In this document: positions 52,398 to 63,276 of the stretch, piece by piece | Position numbering within the stretch: position 1 is the first letter of the stretch | How the letters are laid out: every line of letters starts with the position of its first letter | Assembly: GCA_035221665.1 (NCBI GenBank) | Contig: CM069142.1 | Coordinates: 7,192,001 to 7,256,000, forward strand | Reading direction: 5' to 3' | Source: Okamejei kenojei | Lineage: Eukaryota | Length of the DNA stretch: 64,000 nucleotides | Translations under genes and position numbers: made by a program | The notes under the pieces: generated by a model | Database searches by the model: none | The model's input: the letters and a program-made list of their open reading frames with translations, nothing else | What the model was told of the DNA's origin: nothing

Positions 52398-54424
52398 AAG
52401 ATGGGAACTTGACCTTGCGAAGTCTACAGTGTGAGGAGGGATGTCGGTGAATAGAAAGATCTCCGCCTCTCACTGCCCCTCATAATCTGACCATTTCCCA
52501 CAGCATTTTAAAGGCCATCGATCGCGTATCCTTGAACTGTTCTCCTGCATGAACAGCAAGGTGACCACAACAATGTTGTGAGGAGGGGAATGTGATAATT
52601 AGTAGGTTTCGATGTGGGCCAGGCCACCGGGGACAAAACATCTCCTTCTCTTTGAAACGTTGTCATGAGAACCTTTGTGTTCTTGTAGAGGGCGGGTAAC
52701 AAATCAACAAGCAACAACCTGCTGGAAGGAAAAACAACAGAAACACTTTGGGTCGACACAAAGTGCTGGAGTAACTCAGCGGGACAGGCAGCATCTCTGG
52801 AGAACATGAAAAGGGGACGTTTCAGATCGGGATCTTTCTTCAGCCTGATGGGGGGGGGGGGTAGGGGGAGGGGAGTGCATGTAGAGGTCACCTAACATTG
52901 GAGAAATCCACGTTCATACCACTGGGGTGTAAGCTACTCAAGCAAAACATGAGGTGCTGTTCCCCCAATTTGTGCTGGGCCTCACTCTGGCAATGGAGGA
53001 GGCCCAGGACAGAAAGGCCAGTGTGGGAATGGGAGGGGGAGTTTAAATGGTTAGCAACCGGAAAATATGGGAGAGACAATCTCTTAGGGAAATGTATAAA
53101 ATTATGAGTGGTGAAATTATGGGTGACATTCAGAATTTATTTCCCAGGATGGTAAAATCAAAAGCTAGTGAGTCCATCTTTAAGGTGAGAGGGGCCTGGA
53201 ACGCAATGCCAGGGGTGGTGGTTGAGGCAGATACCACAGGAGAAACAAAGAACTGCAGATGCCAGTTTACACAAAAAGATACAAAGTGCTGGAGTAACTC
53301 AGCAGGTCAGGCAACATCCCTGGAGAACATGGATAGATGACGTTTCAGGTCAGTATGAAGAAGGGTCTTGACCCAAAACATCACTCAGCCGTGTTCCCCG
53401 GGATGCTGTCTGACCCGCTGAGTTAACTTGGCATTGTGTTCAGCACGGACATTGTGGGCTGAAGGGCCTGTTCCTGTGCGGTGCTGTGCTACAGTCTCTG
53501 TGTATCCCATCACCCCTCTAGCAGACGGCAGCAGTTGTCCCCTCGGGTGGGGCTGTCCCGGACTGTCCCAGAGCAATATTCCACAGGGAATGGATTCCAG
53601 CAGCAAACAGGAAAATAACAGGCTGAGGGTGCGGCTGTGTGCACAAGTACGTTACTGGAGGAGGAGAGGTCATGTACAGGGATAAAGGGACACACGTGAT
53701 GCTCTACCGTCCTTATCAGATGTGTTGGAAGGAACTGCAGATGCTGGGTTACACTGAAGATAGATACAAAATGCTGGAGTAACTCAACGGGACAGGAAGC
53801 ATCTCTGGAGAGAAGGAATGGGTGATGTTTCATGTCGAGACCCTTCTTCAGACTGAGAGTCGGGGAGAGGGAATCTAGAGATATGGAAGAGTAAGGTATG
53901 AAAACGGCAGATCAAAGCAGATGTCAGTTTACACAAAAAGATACAAAGTGCTGGAGTAACTCAGCAGGTCAGGCAACATCCCTGGATGATAAGGGAATGG
54001 TGACCGCTTCCCCTCAGCCAACAATGAACCATTCTACATTTCCTTATCATCGTCTGCTTTGATCTATCGTTTTCACACCTTACCCTTCCATATCTCTAGT
54101 TTCCCCCTCCCCACCTCTCAGTCTGAAGAAGGGTCTCGTTCCTTCTCTCCAGTGATGCTGCCTGACCCGCTGAGCTACTCCAGCATTTTGTGTCTACCTC
54201 CTGCCCTCATCAGAGCCAGAACTCAGCAGTGATTTGGAGAACTCAATATGTTTGTCAGGAATCTCAGTGAAATGCCTTTGGAAAGTCCCAGATCCATAGA
54301 TAGGGACGTGTTTACTCTGGCCACATCACTCCCAGCAACACAAAGCTCCCAGCATGCTTGCTGCCTGCTTCATTTAGGATTGAAGGTAACGTTAGATTGA
54401 AAGCTGGAGAACATCAGCACTCAC

Positions 54425-54517
54425 TGGACATTGAGCATGCACCGATTACAGCAGCCGTCAGCACTGTTAGACCGCACGAAGCCAGTATTATCCATGGCAG
54501 TTTGTCTCTGGAATGAC
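54425..54517 (-). CDS. TM exon of the V-C1 receptor (GHSRDKLPWIILASCGLTVLTAAVIGACSMS)
   Basis: ctgtgcag|...a|gtgagt, 93 nt, phase 1-1. Uncharged hydrophobic helix. Confidence 0.7.
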
Positions 54518-55674
54518 CTGCACAGATAATTTAGGAAACGCATTAGAAGTTGCAGCGCATAATATGCGTCAAAGTTTGACTTGAAGCTTCAGAGTTTAGT
54601 GTTCCTCTGCTTTACTCTTTATATACATTGACTTCTCAGCAGCCGGGAAGTGTTGCTTCTTTGGAGCAAGGGAAAGCGGAAGGTGGCATCGGGAGGCCCT
54701 GCAGCAGCCTGGGGCTCGCCTGGATTAGGACCCGCTCATGGGAGCTCGAGTGAGGACTGCGCTTTGGAAATGGTGCCAAACCCTGGCGTCCCTTGCAAGG
54801 GGCTCAGAGGGCTATTCCTGTACACTTTGCTATTTGGAGATTGGGCTTAGGTATCTCAATACTCTACTGGACTGTACGTAAGAAGAGAATTTCATTGTGC
54901 TAACAAATAAGAACCATTGAAGCCATTGCCATGCATTTGTACAGATGTGGCCCTCTCTTCCTACTGCCACTTCCTCCAATCTTACTGCACATTAAGTGGT
55001 GAGCAGCAAGATCTAATGCCCATTCTCAGTCCGGTTTGGTGTCAGGGATTTTACACCTCACACTCAGAATGAAGGGCGAACCTTCAGTAACAGTCGGGAG
55101 CTAAGGATGGTGGAAACTCCCAGCCTCTCTGGGCCTGTAGCAGGGAGGGACAATCTGTTGGACTTTTTGGCTGTGTCCCAAACTCTTGTTCAATTCCAGA
55201 CAATGGATGAACAACCGTGCTGGTTTGTGTGGCCGGGGAATCTGAATGAATCAGAGTGCCACGGAATATTGCCTTGTTTACACGCAGATTCCGTGCCGGC
55301 CACTCGTCCCCACGGTGCAGTGTGGTCCCCACCCACCGTCCCGTCCTCCCAGAGTGAGAACACCACCCAGGCAACGCTTCACAACATGGATCTCGCCTGA
55401 TCTCCAGTCCAATACCCTAGCAATTGTGAGACTACGCAGTGTACTGTGCGCATTCCGCTCACCCGGCCACAGGAAGGATGTCTTTCACTCGGAAAGGGTG
55501 TAGAAGAGATTCACCTGGGCCTGTGGGCTTGAGTTACAGGGAGAGGTTGGATCGGCTGGGACCTGTTTCTACACAGCAGAGGAGGCTGAGGGGGGCCCCC
55601 CTGAGGTGTACAAGACCATGTGTGGCTGGGATAAAGTGAACGCTCGCAGACTTTTCCCCAGGGTCGTAACTACA

Positions 55675-56222
55675 TACTGTGTGCAGGTTTGGTCCCCTAA
55701 TTTGAGGAAGGACATTCTTGTTATTGAGGGAGTGCAGCGTGGGTTTACAAGGTTAATTCCCGGGATGGCGGGACTGTCATATGCTGAGAGAATGGAGCGG
55801 CTGGGCTTGTACACTCTGGAGTTTAGAAGGATGAGAGGGGATCTTATTGAAACATATAAGATTGTTAAGGGTTTGGACATGCTAGAGGCAGGAAACATGT
55901 TCCCGATGTTGGGGGAGTCCAGAACCAGGGGCCACAGTTTAAGAATAAGGATTAAGCCATTTAGAACGGAGACAAGGAAACACTTTCTCTCACAGAGAGT
56001 GGTGAGTCTGTGGAATTCTCTGCCTCAGAGGGTGGTGGAGGCTGGTTCTCTGGATACTTTCAAGAGAGAGCTAGATAGGGCTCTTAAAGATAGCGGAATC
56101 AGGGGATATGGGGAGAAGGTAGGAACGGGGGTACTGATTGAGAATGATCAGCCATGATCACATTGAATGGCGGTGCTGGCTTGAAGGGCCGAATGGCCTA
56201 CTCCTGCTCCTATTGGCTATTG
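55675..56222 (+). mobile_element. CR1 LINE 3' fragment
   Basis: ORF 55606-56157 is CR1 ORF2 C-terminus. Confidence 0.88.
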
Positions 56223-57140
56223 TAAGCCAAGGCTTCTAGAGACCAGATGATTCACACCCCTGTGCACCTGAAAGCTCCTGGGATGTGCCGCGGTGGAGAG
56301 CAAGGATGGACCCGGCGGCTGCTGAGAACAAGAACACGGACTCACCCAGTGGGTTGCACTCAGCCAGGGGGGGCGGCAGGCCCAGTTCGCCGCTGCCAAG
56401 AAGGACCTGGTGGGCCGCTGCCTGCAGTGGAAGCTTGGAAGCCACTGAGCTCGGCCCCGAAGACCGGAGAGCCGAGGAGGAGGGAGCCACTGGCAGTGAC
56501 GGACGCAAGGAGTGGGCCGTGGTATTGCTTCCAGCGGCTGCAGGAGTTGTCCCCGGGACACAAAGGTGATCGGGCGAGGAGAGAGACGTCAGTACCAGGG
56601 CCAAGCTGTTCGAGGGTGACAGAGGCTCTGCGGCAGCCTGATGCTCACTTGGATCGGGGGTGCTCCAGCGCATCCAGAACATGGACCCAACTTTGGGCTT
56701 TGGACCTTTTTCTTTTGTAAATAGCGCCAAAATATGGCAACTGGGGCAAGAATTTCACTGTGCAGTGCACAGGTAACAATAAAGAACCAATGAACAGGTG
56801 AGCAGCGTGTGTCTCATCTGCACTGAGCAGTGTGTGTCTCACCGGTACACCTGCACAGTGCATATATCACTGCGCTGAGCAGTGTGCGTAGGGGCCAGTA
56901 GAGCGTCCCTTGTAGCCAGGGCCCGGAGGGCAAGGAGCACCGCCACTCCACCTAGGGTCCACAAGGGGAGGAGTGGCTCTGCTGTCAGTGACCGAAGGGA
57001 TCCAGGAAGTGTGCAGGGCTGAAGATGTCCTGGTTGGGTTGCTCCTCGGCCTGGCCAAACTAGCCATCCGCGGCGCCAGGCGGAAGAGAGTTTTGCCCGA
57101 GACAGATGACTGCTCCTTTACCCGGGTTACGTGCTTGCCC

Positions 57141-59862
57141 GGGTGGTGCTAGAGAGGGTGGTGTTAGAGAGGGTGGTGCTAGAGGGGGTGGTGCTAGAGA
57201 GGGTGGTGCTAGAGAGGGTGGTGCTAGAGAGGGTGTGTGCTAGAGAGGGGTGGTGCTAGAGAGGGTGGTGCTAGAGAGGGTGGTGCTAGAGAGGGTGGTG
57301 CTAGAGAGGGTGGTGCTAGAGGGGGTGGTGCTAGAGGGGGTGGTGCTAGAGAGGGTGGTGCTAGAGAGGGTGGTGCTAGAGAGGGTGGTGCTAGTAGAGG
57401 GTGGTGCTAGAGAGGGTGGTGCTAGAGGGGTGGTTGCTAGAGAGGGTGGTGCTAGAGAGGGTGGTGCTAGAGAGAGGGTGGTGCTAGAGAGGGTGGTGCT
57501 AGAGAGGGTGGTGCTAGAGAGGGTGGTGCTAGAGAGGGGTGGTGCTAGAGAGGTGGCTAGAGAGGGTGGTGCTAGAGAGGGTGTGCTAGAGGGGTGGTGC
57601 TAGAGGGGTGGTGTTAGAGAGGGTGGTGCTAGAGAGGGTGTGGAGGGGGGTGGTGCTAGAGAGAGGTGGTGCTTAGAGAGGGTGGTGCTAGAGGGGTTGA
57701 GAGGGTGTTGGCTAGAGAGGGGGTGGTTAGAGAGGGTGGTGCTAGAGAGGAGGGTGGTGCTAGAGAGGGTGGCTAGAGAGGGTGGTGCTAGAGAGGGTTG
57801 GTGCTAGAGAGGGTGGTGCTAGAGAGGGTGTGTTAGAGAGGGTGGTTGCTAGAGAGGGTGGTGCTAGAGAGGGTGGTTGCTAGAGAGGGTGGTGCTAGAG
57901 GGTGGTGCTAGAGAGGGGTGGTGCTAGAGAGGGTGGTGCTAGAGTGGGTGGTGCTAGAGAGGGTGGTGCTAGAGAGGGTGGTGCTAGAGAGGGTGGTGCT
58001 AGAGAGGAGGTGGTGCTAGAGGGGGTGGTACTAGAGGGTGGTGCTAGCTAGAGAGGGTGGTGCTAGAGAGGGTGGTGCTAGAGAGGGTGGTGCTAGAGGG
58101 AGTGGGTGCTAGAGAGAGGGTGGTGCTAGAGAGGGTGGTGCTAGAGAGGGTGGTGCTAGAGGGGGTGGTGCTAGAGGGGTGGTGCTAGAGAGGGTGGTGC
58201 TAGAGAGGGTGGTGCTAGAGAGGGTGGTGCTAGAGAGGGTGGTGCTAGAGAGGGTGGTGCTAGAGAGGGTGGTGCTAGAGAGGGTGGTGCTAGAGAGGGT
58301 GGTGCTTAGAGAGGGTGGTGCTAGAGAGGGTGGTGCTAGAGAGGGTGGTGCTAGAGGGTGGTGCTAGAGAGGGTGGTGCTAGAGAGGGTGGTGCTAGAGA
58401 GGGTGGTGCTAGAGAGGGTGGTGCTAGAGAGGGTGGTGCTAGAGAGGGTGTGCTAGAGAGGGTGGTGCTAGAGGGTGGTGCTAGAGAGGGTGGTGCTAGA
58501 GAGGGGTGGTGCTAGAGAGGGTGGTGCTAGAGAGGGTGGTGCTAGAGAGGGTGGTGCTAGAGGGTGTTGCTAGAGAGGGTGGTGCTAGAGAGGGTGGTGC
58601 TAGAGAGGGTGGTGCTAGAGAGGGTGGTGCTAGAGAGGGGTGGTGCTAGAGAGGGGTGGTGCTAGAGAGGGTGGTGCTAGAGAGGGTGGTTGCTAGAGAG
58701 GGTGGTGCTAGAGAGGGTGGTGCTAGAGAGGGTGGTCTAGAGAGGGTGGTGTTAGAGAGGGTGGTGCTAGAGAGGGTGGTGCTAGAGAGGGTGGTGCTAG
58801 AGAGGGTGGTGCTAGAGAGGGTGGTGCTAGAGAGGGTGGTGCTAGAGAGGGTGGTGCTAGAGGGGTGGTGCTAGAGAGGGGGTGCTAGAGGGTGGTGCTA
58901 GAGAGGGTGGTGCTAGAGGGGGTGGTGCTAGAGGGTGGTGCTAGGGGGTGGTGCTAGAGGTGGTGCTAGGGTGGTGCTAGAGAGGGTAGAGGGGGTGGTG
59001 CTAGAGGCGTGGTGCTAGAGAGGGTGGTGTAGAGAGGGTGGTGTGGTGCTAGAGAGGGTGGTGCTAGAGGGTGGTGTTAGAGGGGTGGTGCTAGCTAGAG
59101 GGGGTGGTGCTAGAGTGGTGCTAGAGAGGGTGGTGCTAGTGGGGGTGGTGCTAGAGGGGTGGTGCTAGAGAGGGTGGTTGCTAGAGAGGGTGGTGCTAGT
59201 GGTGCTAGAGGGGTGGTGCTAGAGGGGTGGTGCTAGAGAGGGTGGTGCTAGAGAGTGGTGCTAGAGAGGGTGGTGCTAGAGAGGGTGGTGCTAGAGGGTG
59301 GTGCTAGAGAGGGTGGTGCTAGAGAGGTGGTGCTAGAGAGGGTGGTGCTAGAGAGTGGTGCTAGAGAGGGTGGTGCTAGAGAGGGTGGTGCTAGAGAGGG
59401 TGGTGCTAGAGAGGGTGGTGCTAGAGGGGTGGTGCTAGTGCTAGAGAGAGAGAGGGTGGTGCTAGAGAGGGTGGTGCTAGAGAGGGTGCTAGAGGGTGGT
59501 GCTAGAGAGGGTGGTGCTAGAGAGGGGTGGTGCTAGAGAGGGTAGTGGAGGGTGGTGCTAGAGAGGGGTGGTGCTAGAGAGGGGTGGTGCTAGAGAGGGT
59601 GGGCTAGAGTGGTGGAGCTAGAGAGGGTGGTGCTAGAGAGGGTGTTGCCTAGAGAGGGTGGTGCTAGAGAGGTGGTGAGAGGGTGTTGCTAGAGAGAGGG
59701 TGTGCTAGAGAGGGTGGAGAGGGTGGTGCTAGAGGGTTGTTGCTAGAGAGGGTGGTGCTAGAGAGGGTGGTGCTAGAGAGGGTGGTGCTAGAGAGGGTGG
59801 TGCTAGAGAGGGTGGTGCTAGAGAGGGTGGTGCTAGAGAGGGTGGTGCTAGAGAGGGTGGTG
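57141..59862. repeat. About 2.7-kb 15-bp minisatellite (GAGAGGGTGGTGCTA)n
   Basis: Direct inspection. Confidence 0.97.
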
Positions 59863-59932
59863 TTATGTGTAACACAGTTGTTTGGAAATTGAGTGTCTGA
59901 CTAATTTGGTGATTTTGTAACATGGTGGTGGG

Positions 59933-60291
59933 TATGTCACCTGTATGTCACCTGTATGTCACCTGTATGTCACCTGTACGTCACCTGTACGTCACCTGTA
60001 CGTCACCTGTACGTCACCTGTATGTCACCTGAATGTCACCTGTACATCAGCTATGTGGCACCTTTATGTCACCTGCATGGCACCTGTACACCACCTGTAT
60101 GGTCCCTTATGTCACCTGTACACCACCTGTATGTCACCTGTATGTCACCTGTATGTCACCTGTATGCCACCTGTATGTCACCTATATGTCACCTGTACAT
60201 CAGCTGTGTGGCCCCTTATGTCACCTGTACACCACCTGTATGTCACCTGTATGTCAACTGTACGTCACCTGTACGTCACCTGTATGTCACC
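59933..60291. repeat. 11-bp minisatellite (ATGTCACCTGT)n
   Basis: Direct inspection. Confidence 0.95.
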
Positions 60292-60383
60292 ACGGATTTG
60301 TGTTTTTTTTGGATTTTGTATCGTGTTCGTAATCAAATAAATTATTTTTGTTACAAAAAAAAGAAAAGCAGTGTGAATCTCAC

Positions 60384-60689
60384 CTGTGCTGCTGGCGTGT
60401 GCTCGTTCAGTGATGGGTTTGTGGAGCGTGGAGTGGTTCACCTGGCAGGTGTAGTCTCCACCCTGGCCCCAGGCGGTGAGGGTGAGGTTGAGGAAGCTGG
60501 AGATGGAGAAGGAGCCATCGGGGTTGGGGGAGAGGGGCCCGGTCTCCGTCCCGTTGGTGAGCTGGTGTCCGTCTGTGAACCAGGACACCTGGATGGGGCC
60601 GGGGTAGAAGTCCAGCGACGTGCAGGTGAGCCGGACCCCCGGGGTGGGGCTGGACACGGGCTCCGCTCTCACCCAGACCCGCGGACGAG
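60384..60689 (-). CDS. C1-set Ig domain exon of the receptor
   Basis: cccacag|...g|gtgaga, 306 nt, phase 1-1. LTCTSLDFYPGPIQVSW...NPDGSFSISSFL...YTCQVNHSTL is a canonical C1 signature. Confidence 0.92.
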
Positions 60690-62264
60690 CTGTGGGTCAA
60701 GGGCGGTGAGTTAATGGACGGCGGTGGCTAGAGATGTCCCCACTGCACCCACACGGTAGATGACCCACCACTCTGTGCCCCCACAATATGATGAGCAGAT
60801 GTTGCCCACTGGTCTCCAGCCTCACTGACATTGGGGGTTCAGGCTTGTGCTCAGTAAAGTGCACAGGGCCATATTTTGCACGTGAACAAGCTTCTCCTCA
60901 ACCCACAGTCCATCTCTAGAATCGGACAAACAAGGACCAATTTTCACAAGTTCACACTATAGGAGTAGAATTAGGCCATTCGGCCCATCGAGTCAACTCC
61001 ACCATTCAATCATGGCTGATCTCTGCCTCCCAATCCCATTTTCCTGCCTTCTCCCTGTAACCCTTGACGCCCGTTCAAACCAAGGACGACCAGGGCCGTA
61101 ATCAAGTTTGAAGCACTGGCCATTGGCCATGTACGCAATAATAACTGGGCTGCCAGCATGGGGAGGCCTGGCTGGAGAGGTGGTGGTCACACGATTACTG
61201 TGTCATTCCACTCCCACCCAAACTCCGACCCTCCAAACAGTCGTGCTCCCACTGCCATGAACCCGGTGATGTAACCGTGGCGATGGGCACCGTGTCAGTG
61301 TTGTCCTCACCTGCATCCTCACAAACACAGTCTGCTGGCTCGCTGCTGCTGCTCAACGGAGGAACAGAACAACGCCAGTGCCCAATGATCCCACTCCATT
61401 CCCCACATGTCCCTGCAACTCTCTGTAACCCAATCCCCGGAAACACCACCTCACATTCATCTTGGGGAACCCACGACCCCTTGGTATCAACGATGGATTC
61501 TCCAATTTTACTTCCACAAACACTCCCCTCCCCTACACCCCCCCCCCTCCACAGCACCCCCACCCTCACCAAACCCCCTTCTGTTCCACATCGCCCCCTT
61601 CCCTGCCAACCCCCATCCCCAACCCCCCTTCCCACCCCTCCCCAAGCCACACTCTCCTCCCCCTCCCCCGCCCTCCACCCCATCCCCCCTCCCATCCCCA
61701 CTCCCCTCCCCTACCCATGCCCATCCCCCCCTCCCCTCCCCATCCGTCCCCCCCTCCCCTCCCCAACCTCCCATCCCCATCCCAGCCCGCCCAAGCCCGC
61801 CCAAGACCACAAGAAACTGCAGAGTTGTGGACACATCCCAGTCCATCACACAGACCAGACTCTCCACATCAACTCCACCTGCACCACACGGCCTCAGACA
61901 AATACCCTCAGCATAATCAAGGACCACTCAAACCCCGGTCATTCCTGCTTCTCCCCGCTCCCATCCGGCAGAAGGTACAAGAGCCTGAAGGCTCCTAGCA
62001 CAAGGTTTTTCCCCACTGTTATCAGACTTGTGAATAACCCTCCCATAAGCTACAGTATGGTCCCAATCTTCCAAACTACCTCTTTGCAGCCCTTGCACTT
62101 TTTTAATCTGCACTTTCTCTGTAGCTGTAATACTCTGCTCTGTTTATTTTCTCTTTGCATTACCTGTTGTACTCATGTGTGGGATGATTAGACCGGTCAG
62201 CACCCAAAACAATGTTTTTGCCTGTACCTCAGTACAAAATAAAGCATTTCTGACCCCCACTCAC

Positions 62265-62624
62265 CGTTCACTGTCAGCCTTGTACCTTCTCCTTTTGCTG
62301 TCAACATCGGGGGAGGTATTTCAACAGACAATTGACAAAAGTAAACGTCAGAGTCATTCAGGTGAACGTTATAGATGATTAAAGATGAGGAGTTGGCCGA
62401 GAGATCCAGAGTAACATTAAAACCACTCGTGCAGAACTGAAGCGAACCGGAGCTGTGTTTATTTTCCATACGCTGACACAATGCCCGTGCACTGGAGTTC
62501 CTCGTCCACACAATCCTCATCTGATCTCCATCTCCACTGCTGTAGGAACAGTTTATCCGAGCCATATCCCCCACCAGCACCTCCATCTCTGGTGTCTGCG
62601 ACACAGCCGGGGTCTTGCTCTTCA
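62265..62624 (-). CDS. TMIGD2/CD28H-like VJ-type IgV exon
   Basis: cttcctcag|...g|gtgagt, 360 nt, phase 1-1. RIVWTR..ALCQ...GSLQFC...VHLNDSDVYFCQLSVEIPPPMLTAKGEGTRLTV. Confidence 0.9.
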
Positions 62625-62669
62625 CTGAGGAAGGAAGAAGATGAACTGATTGGAATCTCCAGTGTATAA

Positions 62670-62967
62670 TGAAGATATGACGTGTTGAGATAGGATGAAG
62701 ATATGAGGATATGATGTATTGAGATATGATGTAGATATGAGGATATGACGTGTTGCGATATGATGTAGACATGAGGATATGATGTATTGAGATATGAAGA
62801 TATGAGGATATGATGTATTGAGATATGATGAAGAAGTGAAGATATAATGTATTGATATTTGATGGTTATGATGTAGATATGAGGACATGATGTATTGAGA
62901 TATGGTGAAGATATGAGGATATGATGTGTTGAGATATGAAGTAGATATGAGGATATGATGTGTTGAG
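62670..62967. repeat. GATAT-rich degenerate tandem repeat
   Basis: Direct inspection. Confidence 0.85.
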
Positions 62968-62972
62968 CGTAC

Positions 62973-63061
62973 AGTTGCGTTTGTAGTTCGGTGGAAGATG
63001 AGTGGCGCTAATCTGAATAAACACCAGTGTAAATATGTGCAGTGTTCACTGCCGGAGTCAT
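62973..63061 (-). other. Possible leader exon of the receptor, out of frame by 1 nt as assembled
   Basis: ATG at 63061. The hydrophobic frame LHIFTLVFIQISA ends in a phase-1 donor t|gtacgc at 62973, but the ATG is in a different frame. Confidence 0.3.
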
Positions 63062-63276
63062 GTTGTGTGGAGTTGTCCACCACCTCACTGTGTTCACAGC
63101 AGATCCCAGCTCTTGAAGAAGAGGAGAGGGTTCCTCTTCTGGGCTCGACACAAAATGCTGGAGTAACTCAGCATCTGGCATCAGCATCAGTAACAGGCAG
63201 CATCTCTGGAGAGAAGGAATGGGTGACGTTTTGGGTTAAGACCCTTCTTCACACTCTTCTGTCCTGACCGCAGTTA

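Noticed and set aside
52508-53655. Other candidate cytoplasmic exons for the receptor (acceptors near 53655 and 52720)
   Set aside because: The acceptors are plausible, but the in-frame translations are hydrophobic or very short, lack juxtamembrane basic residues or signalling motifs, and are embedded among repeats. Not excluded without cDNA.
57250-59923. (VVLER)n/(GGARE)n ORFs; the idea of a CRISPR array or Ig switch region
   Set aside because: Pure tandem 15-mer without unique spacers. The G-rich strand is the template strand of the host gene, unlike switch regions, and there is no Ig locus context.
61311-61350. Micro-exon between V and C1 (ADCVCEDA)
   Set aside because: Good donor but a poor in-phase acceptor. 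V and C1 already join in frame.
60384-62624. Rearranging TCR or Ig light-chain locus
   Set aside because: V and J-like strands are fused in a single germline exon, I saw no RSS or J/D cluster, and the V has TMIGD2/CD28-like rather than Ig/TCR framework motifs.
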